A stretch of DNA of 64,000 nt from NCBI GenBank assembly GCA_026770705.1, contig JANJGN010000025.1, positions 33,356,001-33,420,000 of the forward strand, given 5' to 3'. The notes beneath the pieces were generated by a model. That model had not been told where the DNA came from and did no database searches. It saw nothing but the letters and a program-made list of their open reading frames with translations. Each line of letters starts with the position of its first letter. Within the stretch, counting starts at the first letter, position 1. This DNA is from Isurus oxyrinchus. Its lineage: Eukaryota. The translations under genes and the position numbers were made by a program. Below are positions 26,719 to 39,335 of the stretch, piece after piece.

Positions 26719-27602
26719 CTACAACAAAAAGACATCGGTTAGAGGTGGTCTAAAATGTCAAATAAACAAGAGTCCCAGCTCTAATGCTTTGTCAAATATG
26801 CTGCTGTATTCAGTACTGCATACGAACAAGTGTTACACAGTATCTTCTGCATCATACATGTGAATTGAGTTACAATATTCTTCATATTCCTTAAATTTCT
26901 ATTTTAATACAAATGGTTTTAAATGAATCTCACCATTACAGCACTTTGAAGGCAGCAGAGATCTTAGCAACAGCATGAGCTCAATGTGAACAAGCATGTG
27001 CAATTGACAGAAAGAGGAAAAAATCCTCATGATCGGTGCAATGTTCTTTTACAGGCCACATGATGCTAATTAGAAAACAGAAAATTTCTAAAGTCATATC
27101 AACCAGTAAAGTTCTTCAGTCAATCTGTAAACCACACTATTAACTGATTGCAACCAAAGTGATAGGAATGCTACAATTGGCCTAAATGCCACTAGGCTGG
27201 TGAGTTGATCATTAATTAGCAAGGTTCCCTGATCTGAATCACTATTCAGCGATCCTTGCCGAAGGTTTGCTTGCATAATTTGGTGAAAGCAAGATCAGAA
27301 TCTGCTACAATGCCAGTAGCCATTGAATTCTACTGCAATATGATTCACTGCCTTCAGAAGGGGCGGGGGGAGAAAACTGCAGGCTTCAGCAAAACTAAAA
27401 GGTACTGCTGATGAAAGCAATATCAAACAGGTTGAACACTGTCACTGAAAGCTGCAAAGCGTGCCAAGAACTGTATCTTGAAAGGTTTCAAAGCCAGCTC
27501 AACACTCAATGCTTCAATTATGTAACAAAATCACAGGTTGAGTGTAATGTAGACTCAATACGACTTAGGAATGGATTGACTACTTCTAGTTGGACAAAGA
27601 AG

Positions 27603-27910
27603 GGACGTCTTGGGGCACAATGGTGGCATCTCTATCTCTGGGCCAGAAGCTCTGGGTTCAAGTCCCACTTAAGGACTTCATGGCCACAGCGGCACAATGT
27701 GGCCAATCAGCTTGAATGTCAGCCTGTTAATCCTTCCAAATATGCCTGATGCAGGAGGTAAAGAGCGTGAGAATTTCCTGGTCAGCCATATTGCAGGAGT
27801 CAATGCCAAACCACTGCAGTACTTTGCGAAACATAATCATGGACCAATCCAATGTAAGTCCATGGTCTCGAATGCCCTCTTAGGGCATGCACCTGAAGGA
27901 GGAGGAGGAG
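27603..27910 (+). mobile_element. tRNA-derived SINE with RTE-like 3' segment
   Basis: Head with gggttcaagtccc; body aaaccactgcagtactttgc..cataatcatgga; (gga)n tail; second copy at 57190-57490. Confidence 0.75.
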
Positions 27911-28210
27911 TTGGGACAAGGATACGTTGTTCTTGGTTCTGGTCTTTGTGGGTATACTGTAACAATTCATGGTCTTCTGTTATTGTAATGTATATTTTGT
28001 CTTTGTATTTTATTTGTTCTATATCAAAAATAATAGTTCTCTTCATTTCTTCACTTCATCTTTCTGCAGTTGTCTTTTTAACTCAGTTTACTTTTGTGCC
28101 AATCTAATAGACTCCAGTCACTTCTTCAGCAACTATGTTGCACCAATGTTCTCATAAAAGTACTTTATCCTATCCTTCAGAATTCCTATGAAATAATGAG
28201 TTCAGTGAGG

Positions 28211-29264
28211 TGTAATGGGGTTAAGACCTCATGCTATATATATTTTATATATATATCACCATGGCTAATTTCTAATATTTTAAAATTGGACAATGACCTT
28301 TTAACATGACTGAGACATGTCTGGCTGTGACCTCTGAACAATAGGATCTCATCTGGCAGTATCAAAGAAATTTGTACCTTGTTATCTCTGAAGAGACACC
28401 AACAACCCCTGTGGGTTGCAGAGGCCAAATTGAAAGGGAATTATACAAAGGTCATTTACATTCCATAAGCCAAGCGTGGACAACCAGAGCCAAGTCGTCT
28501 GCTGGAACGAAGCACCCTGCAACCTTCCTTTCAAATTCTTAACAGTTGGAATATTAACGCACTTAGGAACCCAGAGAAAGGAATTTACACCCTTTGTAAA
28601 AGCCAAAGCAGAGAGATGGGAATCATATGAACACACTAGCTGGGAGAACCAATCTTGTACTGTCTTGGTGTACTGCAAATCAGTTTGCCATCTTCCACCT
28701 ACCATGCAGCAGCACAAAAAATGGGCTCTGTCCAGGTTTGAATGCCTGGCCCCATCTACATGGTTTCTACTGGAACTTCTATGCCATTAGTACAAGACTA
28801 ATTCATCTTTGTGCACCTATCTCATCATGGAAGTCATCTCCACTGGAAAAGTTAATTATCCAGCATCAGTTTTCAACCTGCTGCCCTCTGTGAAGGAATA
28901 CACCATTGGACTTTGATTCTGGACTCTGGACTCACATGAAACAATAATTCTTTATTCTCTGGTCTTTGTCCTGTAAATTTTTCCTTCTCTATCCCTCGTT
29001 TATTGTATGATTGCACAGGAGGCTACATAGCGACACCCCCTCCTACGTTTTGATGTGTGTGAATAAACTAACCCTCTGAGTTCACCCTATCTTGAGTCTG
29101 CTGTGGGATTAATAGAAATTGGATCACACCAAAACTGAGGGGTTGGGAAATATGCCTCCGCTTATAAAGGAAGAAATCAAAATCAAAACATTTTTCTGTT
29201 TATAGATAGGTGCTGAGAGGAAATATTAGCGCTGCTAAAATTAAACCCCTTCCTGTCCATAACA
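28211..29264 (+). mobile_element. Probable solo LTR
   Basis: tgtaatgg...ccataaca termini (TG..CA, imperfect 8-bp inverted repeat); internal AATAAA at about 29062; only 3 bp (agg) flank both ends. Confidence 0.45.
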
Positions 29265-29409
29265 AGGGACAAATTGGTAAAACTACTAAAGCTGTTTTAG
29301 GAAATGGCAAAAATAGTGAATGGATTTTTCACAACTGTTTTCTCAAAGGAATACTACATTAATAAGTTTCCATCATAATAAATGGATCTCATGCTTTTAA
29401 AAGCTAGTA

Positions 29410-30050
29410 AAGAATGTGTTACGCAAAAACTGAAAGAATTTAATATTAACAAGACTGAATCAGATGGGATGATTATAGGTTTTCGAGAAATTAAGTGGAG
29501 AAAATTAACGATACTTCGGTTGATACTTTATTGTACACCATAAAAACTGGAATAACATCTGAGGACTGGAAGATTGCAAACGTAGTTCAAATATTCAAAA
29601 CAGTAAACAAGAAGTATAGGCCACTTAGCCTACCAATCATAGTGGGAAAACACAGAAAACGTTACACATGATGCTGTAAATGAACACTGGAGTACAGATA
29701 TGCAGAGCATGCCTATCGAATTAAAGGGCCACACCTAGCAAACCGAGTGGAATTCTTTGAAGAGGTAACTATGCTATAGGACATGGGCAATCCAATATGC
29801 ATAGTTTACCTGGATTTTCAAAAGGCATTCATAATTTCATAAGAAATATAAGTAGGTAGCCATTCAGCCCATCAAACCTGCTCCACCATTCAGTAAGATC
29901 ATAGCTCATCTGATTGTAGCTTTAGCACTTTCTTGTGTCTCTCGTAACCCTTGACTCCCTTGTCAATCAAAAGAATTCCACGAAGCTTTTTATGCAAAAT
30001 TAGTAAGAAAGGTTAAGGCTCATGAAATAGGTCAGGTGTTTAGTTAGATC
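29410..30050 (+). mobile_element. Decayed CR1 LINE reverse-transcriptase fragment with a nested insertion at about 29838-29972
   Basis: Remnants EDW.IANV..IFK, YRP, EFFEEVT, VYLDFQKAF. Confidence 0.75.
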
Positions 30051-30847
30051 TGTCGTCCATAACTGTTGTGATTGTTTAAAATGGAATGGCAATTGCAACA
30101 ATGGTAAAGTGTGAAGGAAAATCAGATCACTTATGAAAATTGCCTGAATAAATCATAAATGGTTCCAACTGCAACTACTCAGGAACTATTAATCTAAAAT
30201 GTAACAAATACTAATAGTTTTTTTTGTGTCATCATCTGTGAGCAAGAATTTCTAGCATTACTCACAGCACAAAATCACCCTGAACTTGGCAATCTCAATC
30301 AGAGCGACAGCAGGGTGACCTCTGCAGGAACTGGTAAATATTTTGACTAGTGCAATCAACGGTGCTCGTCCAAGATTTCAGCAGAAGCATATTGCAATGG
30401 AGAAAAATAATCATCCTGCATTCAGACATGCTATACCCACCCTAGGATTGCTTGGCGTCGACACTGGGTAACCAAAATGGAAAAATGTTCCATTTCCCAG
30501 CACTAATAACTCTCACTTTCATAAACACAAAATTTACTGAATGATGAAAAAATAAGTAAAAAAAAATTCAGCATTTACTTTGATTATTTGTACCTGCAAA
30601 GGTGTTTAAAAATGTTTACTCAATGTACACTTAGTACTAAGATTACCAAATCGTATCTCCACAGAAAAGTAGGAAAGCAGGCAACAAATAACTGTTAGCT
30701 ACTCAGGCCAAAAGCTAGTACAAAATTTCCTGACACTTAATGGAAACTAAACTATTTATTCATACAAAAAACGATTACGCGTGTGACCATGAGGTAGTAG
30801 GTATGTTTTGGTGGTACGCCTTACAAAGTGAAAATACAACTAATAGA

Positions 30848-32005
30848 GAGTGACTCCCCTTGACATCAAGGCTGCACTTGACTGAGTGTGGCATCAAGGA
30901 GCCCTAGCAAAACTGGAGTCAATAGGAATCAGGGGAAAGCTCTCCACTGGTTGGAGTCATACTTAGCACAAAGGAAGATGGTTGTGGTTGTTGGAGGTCA
31001 GTCATCTCGGCTCCAGGACATCAATGTTCCCCAGGGTAGTGTCCTCGGCCTAAACATTTTAAGCTGCTTCATCAATTACCTTCCCTCCATCATAAGGAGA
31101 TGTTCGCTGATGATTGCACAAAGTTCAGCACCATTCGCAATTCCTCAGTTACTGAAGCAGTCTACGTCTAAACGCAGCAAAACCTGGACGATATCCAGGT
31201 TTCGGCTGATAAATAGCAAGTAACATTCGTGCCACACAAGTGCCAGGCAACGACCATCTCCAACAAGTGAGAATCTAACCATCGCCTCGACATTTAATGG
31301 CATTACCATTACTGAATCCCCCACTATAAACATCCTGGGGGTTACCATTGACCAGAAACTGAACTGGGCTAGCCATATAAATACTGTAGCTACAAGAGCA
31401 GGTCAAGGGCTAGGAATTGTGCAATGAGTAACTCACCCCCTGACTCCCCAAAGCCTGTCCACCATCTACAAGACATAAGTCAGGAGTGTGATGGAATATT
31501 CCCTACTTGCCTGCATGAGTGCAGCTCCCAAAACACTGAAGAAGCTTGACACCATCCAGGACAAAGCAGCCTATTTGATTGGCTCCACATCCACAAACAT
31601 ACACTCCCTCCACCACCAACACACTCCCTCCACCACCAACACACAGTAGCAGCAGTGTATACCATCTACAAGATGCACTGCAGGAATTAACCAAGGGTCC
31701 TTAGACAGCACCTTCCAGACCCATGGCCACTATCATCTAGAAGGACAAAGGCAGCAGATAGATGGGAACTCCACCACCTGTAAGTTCCCCTCCAAGTCAC
31801 TCACCGCCCTGAATTGGAAATCTATCATCATTCCTTCACTGTCGCTGGGTCCCTTCCTAACTGTACTGCGGGTATACGTACACCACATGGACTGCAGCGG
31901 TTCAAGAAGGTGGTTCACCACCACCTTCTCAAGGGCACCTAGGGATAGGCAATAAATGTTGGCCCAGCCAGCGAAGCCCACATCCCGTGAATGAATAAAG
32001 AAAAA
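30848..32005 (+). mobile_element. CR1/L2-group LINE, 5'-truncated, RT C-terminal part plus 3' UTR
   Basis: LDIKAALD*VWHQG, WLESYLAQRKMVVVVGGQSS, VPQGSVLG, FADD; ends cccgtgaatgaataaagaaaa; internal ~20-bp tandem duplication near 31600-31643. Confidence 0.9.
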
Positions 32006-32949
32006 TACAACTGCAGAAATGTGAAAATGTATAGATTTACTCAATCTTTGAACTGTGAATGCCTGCAATTTGTTTTCCATTGGCTAAATAAATTGTTCTA
32101 ACCTGATACTTTACATTTGCTTACATTCTGTTATTAATGTACACTTAGTCAGCATTTACTCAAGATTTGAGGAAGCCCACATCAGGTCTACCATTTCAAC
32201 AAGTATTCCTAACACACACATGCCCCACAGCAGTTGTGGGTGTTCACTGTGTTATTGCACTGACACATGTCGACTGAGTGGCCTGTGATCTGGGAAGGCA
32301 GACTGTCTTAAATATTCTCGACGAATCCAGACAAACACAAATTACTGTGGGAAAGTCTTACCGGTATAAATCTTTACAGGTTTTCTGGTAAAATGTGCTT
32401 TTATGGTAAACAGAACACAAACAGTTTGTTAACCACAGATACTGGAAAGTCCCAGGCATGAGATTTGTAAACTGTAATTTAACCACACAGCCCATTGACA
32501 GATATAAAGGGCTTTCACAGACAAAACATGTGAACTATAACTTCACATCCTTGATGACTCAGATGTTTTGGCATAGTTCCTGATTTCTTTATATTTTTAT
32601 TGCGATGCTGGACACAGGAAACTAGAGTTACAAAGCTGCTGCTAAAACGTAGAAGGGCTTTGTGAGCACCTTTCACGATTCAATGTGTTAAACTGATGGA
32701 GATCAAAGAAGATGGAATTTCAATTAAACAAGTTCTTAGTGAAGTAACCATCTAATGCTTCATCAGTGCATTTGATTATTTTACCGTGACAAGGTAAAGA
32801 TGGCCAGAAGACAGCAAACCTTCCTGGGTGTATCTGATTCATTGAAGGTTATAGTCTGATATACAGTTACATAATTTAAACTAGTTTAAAATCCAGACAG
32901 TTTAATGTGCTTCATAACTTATAGTTAGCCACTCAACCAAAATGAAGGT

Positions 32950-33166
32950 ACCAGTACCTGACCCCCTATCCAGGAAGCTCGGAACCAGATTCAGGGATTT
33001 TGGGCCCTACGCCTAGCATGTGCTTATAATACACAAAATAAAGTATGAAAAATAAAGAATAAAATTATTTTATTCAAATTGCTACCCAAGGCAACAGCTT
33101 TGAATGTAGCCAGTTTTCGGGTCCCTCTGGATTTTGGGACGCCGAATAAGGGGTTCGGTACCTGTA
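32950..33166. mobile_element. Short MITE, Tc1/pogo(Tigger)-like termini
   Basis: Imperfect TIRs cagtacctgaccccctat / ataaggggttcggtacctgta. Confidence 0.5.
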
Positions 33167-33257
33167 TTCACATTTCAAGGATCGAGTGGAGCTACGTATT
33201 AACTAACACAACAGCAGAAATGCATGTCATTACTTTGTAAGGCATACCATCAAAATA

Positions 33258-33470
33258 CGGGATTGGTTAGCTCAGTTGGCTGGATGGTTAGTGTGTGGTT
33301 CAGAATAACACAAACAGCACAGGTTTGATTCCTATTCTGGCTGAAATAGACTTGGGACCTGCCTCCTCACTCTGCCCCTGAGATCGCAAGGCAATGGGAA
33401 GCCACCACTGACAAAAACTGTCAAGAAAAACAATTCAGAATTAAGCATCAGCAAACAACGAGCCAAGGCC
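33258..33470 (+). mobile_element. tRNA-derived SINE
   Basis: A-box-like ttagctcagttgg and B-box-like ggtttgattcc. Confidence 0.55.
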
Positions 33471-33542
33471 AGAGCCCAATCGACCCAATTAAGTGGTCAA
33501 TTAAGGGCCCTTCCTGCCTCTGCTATTTTACCAGCAGCTGGG

Positions 33543-34713
33543 AGCTTGGCCTAAATAGCCAAGTGATTATGGTACTGGGTTTGTAAACCCAAGATCGAGA
33601 GTTCAGATCTCACAATGGCAAAACTATGAAACAATGTAACTTCATCTGAAACAGATGGAAACGGGTTTGTACTCAAAAGAGTATCAAGAGATCAAATCTC
33701 ACACTGGCCAACTATGAAACAATGTAACTTCATCTGAATAGGAACAGATGGAAACGGGTTTGTACTCAAAAGAAAATCAAGAGTTCAAATCTCACAATGG
33801 CAAAACTATGAAACAATGTAACTTCATGTGAAACAGATGGAAACGGGTTTGTGCTCGAAAGAGTATCAAGAGTTCAAATCTCACAATGGCAAAACTATGA
33901 AACAATGTAACTTCATCTGAAACAGATGGAAGCGGGTTTGTGCTCGAAAGAGTATCAAGAGTTCAAATCTCACAATGGCAAACTACGTATCCTTTGGGGC
34001 TTGGCCTAAGTAGCCAAGTGGTTATGGTACTGGGTTTGGAACCCCAAGATCAAGAGATCAAATCTCACAATGGCCAACTATGAAACAATGTAACTTCATC
34101 TGAATAGGAACAGATGGAAACGGGTTTGTACTCAAAAGAAAATCAAGAGTTCAAATCTCACAATGGCAAAACTATGAAACAATGTAACTTCATCTGAAAC
34201 AGATGGAAACGGGTTTGTGCTCGAAAAAGTATCAAGAGTTCAAATCTCACAATGGCAAACTACGTATCCTTTGGGGCTTGGCCTAAGTAGCCAAGTGGTT
34301 ATGGTACTGGGTTTGGAACCCCAAGATCAAGAGATCAAATCTCACAATGGCCAACTATGAAACAATGTAACTTCATCTGAATAGGAACAGATGGAAACGG
34401 GTTTGTACTCAAAAGAAAATCAAAAGTTCAAATTTCACAATGACAAACTATGAAACAATGCTGGTGCTGTAAAATGTGATTCTGGCTGTGTTGATATTCA
34501 GATCAAGAGTTCAAATCTCACAATGGCAAACTATGAAACAATGTAACTTCATCTGAAACAGATGGAAACATGTTTAGCTTGGCCTAAATGGCCAAGTGGT
34601 TATGGTACTGGGTTTGTAACCCCAAGATCAAGAGTTCAAATCTCACAATGGCAAACTATGAAACAATGTAACTTCATCTGAAACAGATGGAAACGTGTTT
34701 GTACTCGAAAGAG
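33543..34713 (+). mobile_element. Multimeric tRNA-derived element (tandem array) with 15-bp TSD
   Basis: Four tRNA-like heads (about 33543, 33999, 34276, 34576) and about ten ~90-bp body units; flanked by ttaccagcagctggg at 33528-33542 and 34714-34728. Confidence 0.9.
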
Positions 34714-35444
34714 TTACCAGCAGCTGGGGGACTCTCCGCTGCTGGAGAGACTAGCAGATGAATCATGACAGCCTCTGGGGTGGGGGAACCTTCCTTTATG
34801 GGCACTACTTGTCTCACAGAGGGGGCACTGTCAATAATCATATCAGAGTGTGACAAATATATTTAAATTTTTTTGAAGTTGTTTTTATCAATAACAATTA
34901 GCTTCTTGACGTTATGACACAGGCTGGTTTAGACATAGCTTAATCTTAGCAGCAAAATATTACATCGTGAGTTACAATACCTCTCATTAAGAACCAGAAT
35001 TCATAACAGTAAGGGTAAACAATATCATGGGAGAGATACTTACTGAGCTCACATGACATTGCTCAGACATAGACTGGTTTGACATCTATTTACTAAAGTG
35101 GAACTGTGGCTAGTCTGGTCAATGCCTCAAGCTAATCTCTAGATATACCGATGTAAACCACTTCCCCACTTTTCAGGCCTATAGGAATACGTTTAAATAG
35201 ATACACCTGGAGATCAATTACAGCCTAAGTGCTGTGGAAAATTTCTGTAGATTGGCAGCAGCTTATAAATCCCAGACTCCAGGCCTTGGTGAGAGGCTAA
35301 ATTAACGGCTGAAAACTTAGCATGAATTGGCGGGTCTTCTCCTCTTTGAAAAAAAACTTCCAACATTTTGAAGTGCATGGTCTGAAGCGTGAGAGAAGTG
35401 TATTTTTAGAAGGCTTATATAAGAATAGATGTATAGAAGTCTAC

Positions 35445-35569
35445 CTTATTAGGTGTCTTCGAATCAACTGCTTTTCTTCGTCACTATAGCCAGGCCAATC
35501 CTGCTGGACTTCCTTGTAGAGCTCATCTTTTAGTGTATAACTGTTGTCCTTTGAATTTAACTTTGCTAC
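35445..35569 (-). CDS. ELL3: ELL-family exon 6: VAKLNSKDNSYTLKDELYKEVQQDWPGYSDEEKQLIRRHLI
   Basis: cctatag|GTA...ATAAG|gtagac; 125 nt, phase 0 to 2; conserved YTLKD..Y.EVQ.DWPGYS. Confidence 0.96.
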
Positions 35570-36139
35570 CTATAGGAAGAATGTAAAATGTATGCTTAGA
35601 GCAGAATAATCCAAATGAGCAAGTTGATGCCGAAAGAGAGGCTTTGAAACTATAATGGCATTTTATCGGAATTACTAATCAAAGTAGGTTTTTGTTGTGC
35701 GTGGATGATTGGGAAACAAAAAGTCATGTAAAAAAGTTTTTTTATTGCTGCAGAGTAAGTTCCAATAGAATAAGGATTACAATAAAGCATATTAAGTTTA
35801 ATTTCAATAAAATAAAATTAAAATTTATATTGATAATTGGGAGAGCACAAGAATATCCCCATACAGTGTAAAGTAACTGCAACACCAGGCTAAACCTACT
35901 TCAGGCTCAGATAATTATTTGAGTTTAACATGTACTGCAGCAAACTGCTCATTCTACAATCCTGATCATTGATTGTATATTAAGACATTTCTCTAAATGA
36001 ACTTGTAATGTAACATATTGGAGCCAGTTGGAGCATGCATTTAAGATCACCAAGAGAATAAATTGGTGAGGTTAGGAGTTTATTTGCACAGAGGGTTATT
36101 AGGAGATGGGTTGCCACTTTAGGAACACAGAGCAAGTCT

Positions 36140-37455
36140 ACAGCCCTACCATTTCACCAGCTTTAAGGGATTGAGAATAAACGTATAAAGGCATGGTAGC
36201 GAGCTCACAGATTGAGACTGGCTACAGAAGTATGGATTTCAGCTAGTGGAGATAATGTAATATATTCCATTGTCAGACCCTAGTGTGTATGATCAACTCC
36301 CCACAAAAGACATTTCAAATCTTCAAATTTCAGCTCAATTAAAACATTTAGTTTTAAAAAAATGAATTTATGCGAGGATAGAGGCAGATAATTCAGCAGG
36401 TAACAGGATGAGAGAATTCTTATGAACATCACCAGCCTCACTCATGGTTAAGAGTGCAAGCATCTTCAGCCAAAATTGCTGAGTGGGTGAGTTTGTTTGT
36501 CGAGTGGCTGGGGAGGCCAATGCGGAAGCCTGCCCAGGTGTACATTATCCGCAAAAACAGGATAAATCTAACCCGGCCAATTAACATCATCAGGTCAGGA
36601 GGGAGGCTGGTCAATGGCAATTCCATTCACAACTCCTCTGATCATAAAGCGGCCCACATCAATGACCGCAGGACCGGAATAATATTCAGGCTTGGGCTGA
36701 AAAATGGCAGGTTGCATCTGCTAAGTGGCTGGAATAAACATCTCAGATAAAAGAAAGTCAAGCCCGATCCCCTTGAGCTTCAACAGCAGCAGCAATGCCC
36801 AGTCTCCCACCATTAACACCACTGCCTGCTAACTAAACTGGAACAATCATATCAATACTTGCTACAACAAAAGGGCCAAATCCACCTGACCCCTTAAAGC
36901 CTCAACATCAACCATAAGGCTAAAATGAGGAATGCGGATGGACATAGCTACATCAACTTTCAATGAATTCAACATCATCCCAGGCAGAATAATTTACTTC
37001 ACCTTGATCAGCACTCCTGACACTGAACTCAATATCCAGCCCAATAATTGGAGGGGCAATAATGTGACCAGTACCAACCACAACCCTTGAACAAATTTTT
37101 TAAAAAGAACGTTATGATATACTTTGCAAGATTACTCGACTCAACCAGTGACAAAGGTGTCTGTCATCACCACAATCCATCAAAATTCTTAAAAGGACAT
37201 AATAATCACTAACATTTTACATAAACTTACTCCATTTTTGTTATATTAAATGCTTTAATTGAGCTAAAATTTGAAGATTTGAAATTGATTTTATGTCGGG
37301 TTGATCATACACATTGTTTGAAAATGGGATACATTACATTATTTCCATTAGCTGAAACACTTCCATAGCAGATTTCAATCTGGAAGCAACTGGCCAGACT
37401 ATCATATACTTATTCTCAATTCCCTAAAGCTAATAATTTGGGAGCACAGGCTTAC
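36140..37455. repeat. Long diverged inverted repeat (about 200-bp arms at 36140-36352 and 37246-37455); probable old DNA transposon
   Basis: For example atttcaaatcttcaaatttcagctcaattaaaacattta vs taaatgctttaattgagctaaaatttgaagatttgaaat, and gtgtatgatcaac vs gttgatcatacac. Confidence 0.85.
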
Positions 37456-38797
37456 TGTTATATATATACAAATACTGTATCTGGTTGATAATTAAAAAAA
37501 GATCAAAATGACTTAAAAGCTGCGATTTTGCTGATAAAAGGTATCACTAAGCATAATAAGCCAATTCCGATTACATACATGAAAGCATCAAAGCAATCTC
37601 TATCTTCCAACCAACACTACTATTAACTGGTCATTTATCTCATGGCTGTTTGTGGCATTTTGCACAAATCTTCTCCTATATTAGCACACAAAACAACAAA
37701 GCTACATTTCAAAATAATTAACTGGCTGTAAAATGTGCTGTAATGGCACTAATGGCACTATATAAATCTCCTCTTCCATGTCATTGTGTAACATCTTTTC
37801 TATGTAAAAATTGTTTTTTAAAACCTTATATTGGGTGAAAAATTTCAATTTCTGCTGAAAAAAAACTTCAATCTTTTTCAAAAAACACTGAACAACGAAC
37901 TGCGGCAGGAAAATACTTAAATGCTGAGAATGCTATTCTAAGTAAAAGATAACAAGTGGTAGTTTTTAAATTTTAATTAGAGATTATCAATGTTAAATGA
38001 TATAAGCTGTGCAACCGGAAATAAGGTTTGCGGATAGAAGCACATCTTGCACAAACTATTTAATATATATGGTATTTGAATTTAGGTATTCCACACTGCA
38101 TAGCTACGTTTACAGGTAGCAGATGCTGTATATTAAACATCAACTTCATTTTGCCAAAAGCTGCATTTGAAATGGGTTCCACAAGAACACCATTAAACGA
38201 TAGAAAATACAGACTTATTCTGATAGCTCCTGAGGGCTTTCAAATTTTAAATGGTTCAACTTAAGCAATATTTTAGTTTTCAAAATACCTGAAAAAAACC
38301 ACTATGGTCTACAAATTGTGTGTTGTCCAGGTCTATGCAAAAACAATTAATTACTAAAAACTCCATATTATGTACACACATCCTGATGCAAAAAAGCTAA
38401 ACTACCAATACATCCCTCCAGCTCATGGGAAAATCTGCAGTTTTACAAGATTAGGGCTTTATACAAAGTGATGCATATTCTATGACTTTGCTATTATGGT
38501 GGAATTCCCCACATCTGGTGTTCCCTTTAAAAGTATCATTTGTGATTAGGTGCATACTGAGATTGAATAGAGGCAAACTTTTTCTTTTTACTATTACTTT
38601 TCAATCCTTTTTTTTTGTTTTTGGCAGGTTCCTAATGAGTCCAAAACGACTTTCTGCTGTTCTGTAAATATATTTAAGCCAATCTGGTGCTAATGTGATG
38701 TTGGCTATCCATATGTAATACTGCCCAAGTGTGATCAACATGCTAGATGAAATAAATAAAATGTAAAGCAAGAGTTAAATTTCCACAATTTAAATTT

Positions 38798-39335
38798 ATT
38801 TGTAAAAAAAAATAAATCTTAACTGCAATTGTCTACAATAATCAGTCACTCAGAACAGGCATATATTGACTTGAGATGTTGAATCTATCGGGTGAAAATA
38901 CTTAAGAGTATGCAATGCTTTTGCATATCTATGATATTTTATATATTTGCCTATCTATGCAAACATATTTAGATTCAGAAGAAGCTGGACACTGTGTGAG
39001 AGATAGAAATGTTATAGCCTAGTGATGTTCCTACAATGCGATGCCTTTTAACTGTTTTTGTGACACAAATAGAGAAAGAGTAAATGGCATTAGTGTTATT
39101 GTTGAAGTGTTTTGAATTATCAAAATGTACTTGAGGCATTAAGAATAATAGGAAAATAAGAATTTTAATACAGTTTGCATGTTGGATTAGAACTGAATTT
39201 AAGTAAAGAAATAGTTAAATTCATAGGACGTGAGCACAAGAGAATCATTTGTAAAAAGATAAATCCTAACTGCAATTGTCTACATCAGTCACTCAGAACA
39301 AGTACCTGCATGTATTGATTTGAGATGATGAATCT
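38798..39335 (+). repeat. Local direct duplication of about 90 bp (38798-38886 and 39247-39335)
   Basis: atttgtaaaaa..ataaatc.taactgcaattgtctaca..tcagtcactcagaaca..tattga.ttgagatg.tgaatct occurs twice. Confidence 0.9.

Noticed and set aside
33620-33690. Hammerhead ribozyme in the array body (ctgaaacagatggaaac, or reverse cagatga)
   Set aside because: No CUGANGA-stem-GAAA arrangement on either strand; only simple hairpins are supported.
33543-34713. CRISPR array or functional tRNA gene cluster
   Set aside because: Eukaryotic intron with no cas genes; the repeats are long and contiguous with only a few linkers. The tRNA-like heads have imperfect acceptor and anticodon stems.
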